DNA from: Candidatus Sumerlaeales bacterium
GTDB lineage: Bacteria; Sumerlaeota; Sumerlaeia; Sumerlaeales; Sumerlaeaceae
DNA length: 11,193 nucleotides
NCBI GenBank assembly: GCA_038243585.1
Contig: JBBSQY010000073.1
Location: 1 to 11,193 of the forward strand
Direction of reading: 5' to 3'
A program made the position numbers and the translations under genes. Each line of letters opens with the position of its first letter. Positions within the stretch are counted from its first letter, which is position 1. This document shows positions 6,188-11,193 of this stretch, one piece after another. A model generated the notes under the pieces. The model made no database searches and was not told where the DNA came from. It saw only the letters and a program-made list of their open reading frames with translations.

Positions 6188-8548
6188 TTACTTAAATTGT
6201 ACCACAGTCACTCCGCCGCCGCCTTCTTCTGCGGTTGCGTAGCGGTAATTGCCTACTACCGGATTCAGGCGGAGGAACTCATGGAGCGCTTTTCTAAGAG
6301 CGCCGCTGCCCTGGCCGTGCATTAGCTTTACGCCGTTCAAGCCAGAGGCGAGGGCGTCATCCATGAATTTATCTGTGCGCGAGAGAGCTTCCTCGACTCG
6401 GTTGCCGTGCAGGTCCAGGACGCTGTTCGCGTTTTGCGGACGCTTGTAAAATACACCCCGCGGCTCGACTTCGCCGGGAATCTTCTTACGGCGCGGCGGC
6501 TCGGGTTTTCGTTCAAGTTCAGACACGCGCACGTTCGCCACGACGCGACCAACGGCGACCCGGGCCATGCGGCCATTAGTATCCACCTGTTGCACGACAC
6601 CATCCTCCCGCAAGCTTCGAACGTGCACCCGGTCGCCGACGGCCAGGGGGCGCAGGTTGCCGCCGAGAGATGTTTCTTTGACTTCCGTGGTGCGTTCTCT
6701 CGCGGCTTTCTGCTGGGCCTGCTCAATGTCGGCTTTGGCGGCAAGGAGGTCTTCCTTGCGCGGGATTTTGGCGATCAGTCTCTCGACCTGTCCGCGCAGT
6801 TCCGCCAGTTCCTGCTCTTTTTCCTGCGCCATTTTCAGGCGATAGGTGCGCTTTTCCTCGCGCAGACTGGCGTTCATCTCATCCAACTCAAGGATACGAA
6901 AATCCGCCTGCTCGCGCAGTTGGCGCGCCTCTTCCAGTTCCGTGTATAGCTCCGACTCCTTATTGCGAAGAGAAAGCAAAAGGGCGGTTGCGTCGCCTTC
7001 CGCCTCGGGCCGCAGCGTACGAGCACGGGCCAGTACCTCCGGCGGCAGCCCCGCCTGTTCAGCTACCACAAGGGCCTCGGATATGCCGACCATGTCCAGA
7101 CTCAGTCGATAGGTGGGGCGGCGGTCAGCCTCGCCAAGGCGGAAAGACGCGTTGCGGGCGTGATCATGATTGTGCGCCCAGTTTTTAAGAACGCCCAGGT
7201 GCGACGAGACAATAGTAAGAGCGCGGCGATCGGCCAGACTTTCCAAAATGGCAACGGCCAGCGCACCGCCTTCTTCCGGGTCGGTTGCGGTGCCGAGTTC
7301 GTCCAGCAGCACGAGAGTGCCGGGGCCTGCATCTTTCAGAATCTGGCCGATGCGGCGGATGTGAGCGCTGAAAGTGGACTGACCCTCAAGGATGCTCTGT
7401 TCATCTCCGATGTTGGCAAGAACGTCTTCGAAAATAGGGAGGCGGCTGCGCGGATCAAGAGGGGCGGGCACGGCGGATTGTACCATGAGGGCCGTGAGGC
7501 CAATGGTTTTGAGCGCGGTGGTTTTTCCGCCGGCATTAGGACCGCTGATGATAAGCGCGCGGTCTACAAGGTCAAGGCCCATGTTGAGCGGACGCGATGC
7601 TGCGGGGTTGTGCGCATAGAGAAGCGGGTGGTGAGCCTCAACCAGAATGGGTGCCTTGTCCCACCCACTGAGGGTGGGGAACGCGCACTTGTGAGCTTGT
7701 CCAAAGCGGCCTTTGGCAAGTACGAAATCCAGTTCGCCAAGTAGTTCCAGGTCGGTCAGTAGCGCGTTCATTTCCGAGCGGACATGGTTAGCCACATGGA
7801 GCAGTATACGGTAGGTTTCTTCGCGTTCGCGAAGGCGAAGGTCTGCCAGGCGATTGGTGTGTTCGAGGATGGCGAAGGGCTCGATAAAGACCGTTTCGCC
7901 CGTGTTGGATGAGTCGTGAATGATGCCGGGAACTTTGCCGCGGTTGGTAGTTTTTACGGGCAGCACATAGCGGTCATTGCGCATCGTGTAAAAATCGTCT
8001 TGGAGATCGCCGGCACCAGCGAGGTCGCGAACCATGCGGTTCAGGTCCCGTTGGATCGCGGTCTCGGTCGCGGTTATTTCCGAGCGCAGGCGCCCGAGCA
8101 GTTCGCTTGCGCTGTCGCGGACCGTGGCGTTTGGTGCAATCTTTTCGTCGATGGATCGGGAAAGAGCGGCCACGGGTTGAAGGGGCATGGCCAGGGCATA
8201 GAGGCCGGGAGCGGCCTCCTGGAGGGGCTCGAAGAACCGGCGAACATAGGCGGCGGTCTCTAGAAAATCTTTGAGGTCCAGGAGTTCCTGGGCTTCAAGG
8301 AAAGCCTTTTCACGGCGGACAATGCTCAGGTGCTTGGTGACGTCGCGAAGGCCGTTAAGGGGCGGTTCGCGGCGGTCGCGCAGCAGCGCCATCATCTCAC
8401 GAACCAGCTTAATGGCGCGGTGGAGTGTGTCGGCGTCGGTCATGGGGCGCATGGATTCGATGCGGGCGCGACCAAGGTTCGAGACTGCATGGCCAGCGAG
8501 AAGCTCTCGGACAGAAGGGAATTCGAGAAGTAGTTCGTCGAAAATCAT
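6188..8548 (-). CDS. mutS2: Endonuclease MutS2 (RqcU-type ribosome collision factor family)
   Basis: GIIHDSSNTGETVFIEP, Walker A ISGPNAGGKT, IGDEQSI...STFSAH, Walker B LLDELGTATDPEEG, coiled coil, KOW-like LAVGDRVHVRSL, and C-terminal Smr domain LDLHG...MHGQGSGALR...GGGGVTVV; 786 aa. Confidence 0.97.
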   Translation of the reverse strand: MIFDELLLEFPSVRELLAGHAVSNLGRARIESMRPMTDADTLHRAIKLVREMMALLRDRREPPLNGLRDVTKHLSIVRREKAFLEAQELLDLKDFLETAAYVRRFFEPLQEAAPGLYALAMPLQPVAALSRSIDEKIAPNATVRDSASELLGRLRSEITATETAIQRDLNRMVRDLAGAGDLQDDFYTMRNDRYVLPVKTTNRGKVPGIIHDSSNTGETVFIEPFAILEHTNRLADLRLREREETYRILLHVANHVRSEMNALLTDLELLGELDFVLAKGRFGQAHKCAFPTLSGWDKAPILVEAHHPLLYAHNPAASRPLNMGLDLVDRALIISGPNAGGKTTALKTIGLTALMVQSAVPAPLDPRSRLPIFEDVLANIGDEQSILEGQSTFSAHIRRIGQILKDAGPGTLVLLDELGTATDPEEGGALAVAILESLADRRALTIVSSHLGVLKNWAHNHDHARNASFRLGEADRRPTYRLSLDMVGISEALVVAEQAGLPPEVLARARTLRPEAEGDATALLLSLRNKESELYTELEEARQLREQADFRILELDEMNASLREEKRTYRLKMAQEKEQELAELRGQVERLIAKIPRKEDLLAAKADIEQAQQKAARERTTEVKETSLGGNLRPLAVGDRVHVRSLREDGVVQQVDTNGRMARVAVGRVVANVRVSELERKPEPPRRKKIPGEVEPRGVFYKRPQNANSVLDLHGNRVEEALSRTDKFMDDALASGLNGVKLMHGQGSGALRKALHEFLRLNPVVGNYRYATAEEGGGGVTVVQFK

Positions 8549-8651
8549 AGGAGGTTAACTACAACTGTCTGAGCTTGTAATGCAGTTTGGAGAATTTGAT
8601 ATAAAGTCACGAAGGCACAAAGATCCGTAAAGACGACAAAAAGCGAAAATC

Positions 8652-8684
8652 GAACAGGACGAGGAAGAAACACTCGTCCTATTC
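8652..8684 (-). terminator. Probable terminator of the sulfatase gene
   Basis: On the minus strand GAATAGGACGAG, 9-nt loop, CTCGTCCTGTTC forms 12 bp with one U-G pair. It is followed by T-rich GATTTTCGCTTTTT and lies about 100 nt after the sulfatase stop. Confidence 0.55.
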
Positions 8685-8783
8685 TGATAGTTAAGCTTCG
8701 CCCATGCTATACTTTAAAGCCGTTGTTTCTTCTGCATTTCCACTTGAGTAATTCTGCCGGAATTCTCGAATGGTATTAATCAG

Positions 8784-10328
8784 CTAATCGCTCTTTTTCG
8801 CCTCGAATTTAGGATCAACGAACTCAAATTCCTGGGCAATTGGATGCCAGTGGGATTCTTTTGCGAGGGCGTCGAGTTCCTTTACGATTTCCGGGTTGGC
8901 GGCTGCGACATCATGCTTCTCGTTGGGGTCCGACTCCAGATTATAAAGCTGCCACTTAGCGTCCGGGTTGGCGCGCATTTGGGTTTTTATGATCTTCCAG
9001 GGCCCCTTGGTTACTGCCTGAAAGCCGCCCCGTTCGGGGAACTCCCAGTACATGAAATCATGTGTCTTCTGTTCTGCGGCTTTGCCCATAAGCGTGGGAA
9101 GAAAAGAGATGCCGTCCATGGGTTTGGCGACCGGCGCATCCACCAGTTCGGCGATAGTGGGTAGTACGTCGTACTGGGCGGACCGGTGGTCTGTTACTGA
9201 ACCGGCCTTAATTTTTCCGGGCCAGCGGGCAAGCATCGGTTCACGAATTCCGCCTTCGAAAAGATCAGCCTTATTGCCGCGCAAGCCTGCCGCGCTATTG
9301 AAGTAGGCCGTATCGACAATTTCAGAGGCGAACGTTGGACCGTTGTCGCTGGAGAACATAATGATCGTGTTATCGTCCAGGCCCAGCTCCTTTACTTTGT
9401 CCATGAGGGCGCCAAGTTCTGCGTCCATTTGAGTGATCATAGCGGCGTAAGCGGCGCGGGGGTGGGGGTGCGGCGCATAGCCCTTGTTGCCGAGATAAGG
9501 CGCATCATCCGGGAAATCTTTAAGATACGGTTCGAGGAATTCTTGCTTTGGCTGGAGAGAAACGTGGGGCAGGGGTGTGGGGTAATAAAGAAAGAACGGC
9601 TTAGTCTGGTTGTCGGTTATGAACTGAAGCGCTTTGCTGGTCATGTGATCGCAGGCGTGGTCGCCGGTCTGATATTTCGCAAAGTCGACATCGGCCTCTT
9701 TTTTTCCGCGATTCTCGTGGACCTCAACGAAGTCATTTTTTAGCGGATAGCTCTGGTCGTTTTCCCAAAGGTGCGTGGGATAATAACTGTGTGCCTGTTT
9801 CTGATCCAGGTAGCCGAAGAAGTAATCAAATCCCTGGTGATTTGGATGGCCGGATGTCTGCGTCATGCCAAGTCCCCACTTGCCGACGCACGCGGTGGCG
9901 TAACCGGCCTTTTGCAGGATGTTGCCAATGGTTTGCGTGTTGGGCGGCAGCGGCATCTGCCCACCTTCCTTGTCGTCAGCATGGCCGCCCATTTCATAGT
10001 TTCCGCGCACGACGGCGTGGCCCGAATGAAGACCCGTGAGAAGGTTGCACCGCGCAGGGGCGCAAACAGGGGTGCCGGTGTAGTGGCGGGTAAACTTCAT
10101 CCCCTCCGCTGCCATACGATCAAGGTTGGGCGTGCGGATCTTTGTTTGGCCATAAGGGCCGATCTCACCATAGCCGAGATCGTCTGCGTAAAAGTAGATA
10201 ATGTTCGGTCCGCGATTGGCGGTAGTACTTGTGGATTGGGCCTGGGTGACTGCGGGCTGAGCGGTTGTGACTCCGCTCGCGAGCAGTAGCAAAAGCGTAG
10301 AGGTACAAGAAACTAGAGACCTAATCAT
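8784..10328 (-). CDS. Secreted/periplasmic Cys-type arylsulfatase (family S1)
   Basis: PNIIYFYADDLGYG, formylglycine motif CAPARCNLLTG, GKWGLG, SSDNGP, LRGNKADLFEGGIREP, LYNLESDPNEK. Hydrophobic signal peptide MIRSLVSCTSTLLLLLASGVTTA. ATG at 10328 has AAGGA 10 nt upstream and is preferred over the TTG at 10352. Confidence 0.95.
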   Translation of the reverse strand: MIRSLVSCTSTLLLLLASGVTTAQPAVTQAQSTSTTANRGPNIIYFYADDLGYGEIGPYGQTKIRTPNLDRMAAEGMKFTRHYTGTPVCAPARCNLLTGLHSGHAVVRGNYEMGGHADDKEGGQMPLPPNTQTIGNILQKAGYATACVGKWGLGMTQTSGHPNHQGFDYFFGYLDQKQAHSYYPTHLWENDQSYPLKNDFVEVHENRGKKEADVDFAKYQTGDHACDHMTSKALQFITDNQTKPFFLYYPTPLPHVSLQPKQEFLEPYLKDFPDDAPYLGNKGYAPHPHPRAAYAAMITQMDAELGALMDKVKELGLDDNTIIMFSSDNGPTFASEIVDTAYFNSAAGLRGNKADLFEGGIREPMLARWPGKIKAGSVTDHRSAQYDVLPTIAELVDAPVAKPMDGISFLPTLMGKAAEQKTHDFMYWEFPERGGFQAVTKGPWKIIKTQMRANPDAKWQLYNLESDPNEKHDVAAANPEIVKELDALAKESHWHPIAQEFEFVDPKFEAKKSD

Positions 10329-10381
10329 TTTACTTTTGTCCTTACTATACAAATTCGTGGAAACTTAGCGGGCAGACATCC

Positions 10382-10426
10382 TGGAGTGCGGTGACTTGTC
10401 ACCGCCTTTACTTTGCGCGGAGCGCA
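10382..10426 (+). repeat. REP-like element, left copy (TGGAGT foot + two hairpins)
   Basis: TGGAGT-GCGGTGAC-TT-GTCACCGC-CTTTACTT-TGCGC-GGA-GCGCA; 41/45 identical to the reverse complement of 11149-11193. Confidence 0.9.
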
Positions 10427-10445
10427 GCGGACAAGCCCGAGCAGC

Positions 10446-11036
10446 TTACAACACCGCCCAGTCCGGCGATGGCTCAAACTCATCGTAAACTCGTGGCTTA
10501 TTAACGTCAAAATTGTAAATCGTCTTTACCTGCGCTGGGGACGCAGCACGCTCGAACCATGCAGCCGAGCACCAGGGGTACAATGCGGCTTGCGCGACAA
10601 GGCCGTGCTTTACAGGATTTTGATGCACATAATTAAGACGCGCTAGGTAAGAAGATTCGAAAGTTAATTGCGTCTCCCTAAAATTATGCCACACTTGCCG
10701 CCCTTCGCAATGGTCAAGCTTGTTGACCCACCTGGCCATTTTTTTATGGAGTTTTGCAATCATCTTTGACAAGCTTTCCGCAGTGTCCTCACCATCGGGA
10801 GAATGCGCAACAAAATGATAATGGTTTGAAAAGACTGCCCAGGCTTCCATCTGCCACTTGAACTCTTGCGCCACTGAAAGTAAACCCCGCTGCAGAACCG
10901 CCAATCTCTCGGAACCCTTCAAATAATGGATTTTCTGATATGTGGCGGCAGTTACAAAATAAGTTCCGGCTTTGCCAAGCTTATGAGTCGGTGCGTGGGG
11001 CCAAGCCACCGTAATGTTGTTTGGCTGCTCGAGCAT
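10446..11036 (-). CDS. REP-associated tyrosine transposase (RAYT / TnpA-REP, Y1 HUH superfamily)
   Basis: N-terminal GTYFVTAAT, HUH motif in AWAVFSNHYHF (HYH at 10815-10823), QVWHNFRE, catalytic Tyr helix LNYVHQNPVKHGLV, then YPWCS; 196 aa; flanked by palindromic repeats. Confidence 0.92.
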   Translation of the reverse strand: MLEQPNNITVAWPHAPTHKLGKAGTYFVTAATYQKIHYLKGSERLAVLQRGLLSVAQEFKWQMEAWAVFSNHYHFVAHSPDGEDTAESLSKMIAKLHKKMARWVNKLDHCEGRQVWHNFRETQLTFESSYLARLNYVHQNPVKHGLVAQAALYPWCSAAWFERAASPAQVKTIYNFDVNKPRVYDEFEPSPDWAVL

Positions 11037-11148
11037 TCTGATTATTCGCCTGATGGATTCAAATTATTGTAACTAGTTTACTCTTAAGGTTGCCAATGGA
11101 TGCGCAGTAAAAATGCAATTTGTAGTTCATACCTTATAGTTGGTCGGG

Positions 11149-11193
11149 TGCGCTCCGCGCACAGCTAAGGCGGTGACAGGTCACCGCACTCCA
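11149..11193 (-). repeat. REP-like element, right copy (inverted relative to the left copy)
   Basis: Minus strand reads TGGAGT-GCGGTGAC-CT-GTCACCGC-CTTAGCTG-TGCGC-GGA-GCGCA and begins at the last base of the window. Confidence 0.9.

Larger units (their letters stand above)
10382..11193 (-). mobile_element. RAYT/REP locus (REPtron-like): HUH transposase enclosed by inverted REPs
   Basis: 812-bp unit bounded by 45-bp inverted repeats and carrying a single Y1 HUH transposase gene. The right boundary coincides with the window end, so further REPs may follow. Confidence 0.8.

Noticed and set aside
6249..8558. Many long alternative-frame ORFs over mutS2 (similar ones over fabD and the sulfatase)
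   Set aside because: Shadow ORFs typical of GC-rich coding DNA, with no family motifs.
8608..8650. A-rich quasi-periodic stretch CACGAAGGCACAAAG...AAAGACGACAAAAAGCG
   Set aside because: No true repeat unit or inverted partner in the window. It is partly explained as the T-rich tail of the minus-strand terminator.
10446..11036. Classical IS200/IS605 TnpA with tnpB/omegaRNA
   Set aside because: No tnpB or iscB is adjacent. The length, the NPVKHGLV...YPWCS tail and the flanking inverted palindromes fit RAYT better.
11065..11095. Candidate RAYT promoter TTGGCA...TACAAT on the minus strand
   Set aside because: The spacer is 19 bp, too weak to call without transcript data.
1..11193. CRISPR arrays, tRNA/rRNA genes, riboswitches
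   Set aside because: No regularly spaced repeats or recognisable RNA gene signatures were seen by eye; a covariance-model search was not run.

Overview
Bacterial window in four blocks. (1) The 3' part of a MotA/TolQ/ExbB gene, with an 18-bp tandem duplication over its stop codon and no tolR/exbD following. (2) A self-contained, apparently lower-GC three-gene type IV minor pilin/pseudopilin cassette (PilV/GspI-like, PilW/GspJ-like and a 721-aa PilX/GspK-like protein with an HpsA-like C-terminal region), between a long AT-rich intergenic region and a strong bidirectional terminator. (3) fabD, a HAD phosphatase, mutS2 and a secreted Cys-type sulfatase. (4) A Y1 HUH REP-associated tyrosine transposase (RAYT) enclosed by two inverted 45-bp repeats, each with two hairpins; the window ends exactly at the outer end of the second repeat. 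The most unusual items are the pilin cassette (extra beta module inserted in the PilV-like head, oversized PilX, no PilY1) and the RAYT sitting inside a REPIN-like inverted pair whose mismatches spare both hairpin stems. All family calls come from motif recognition by eye; no searches were run.
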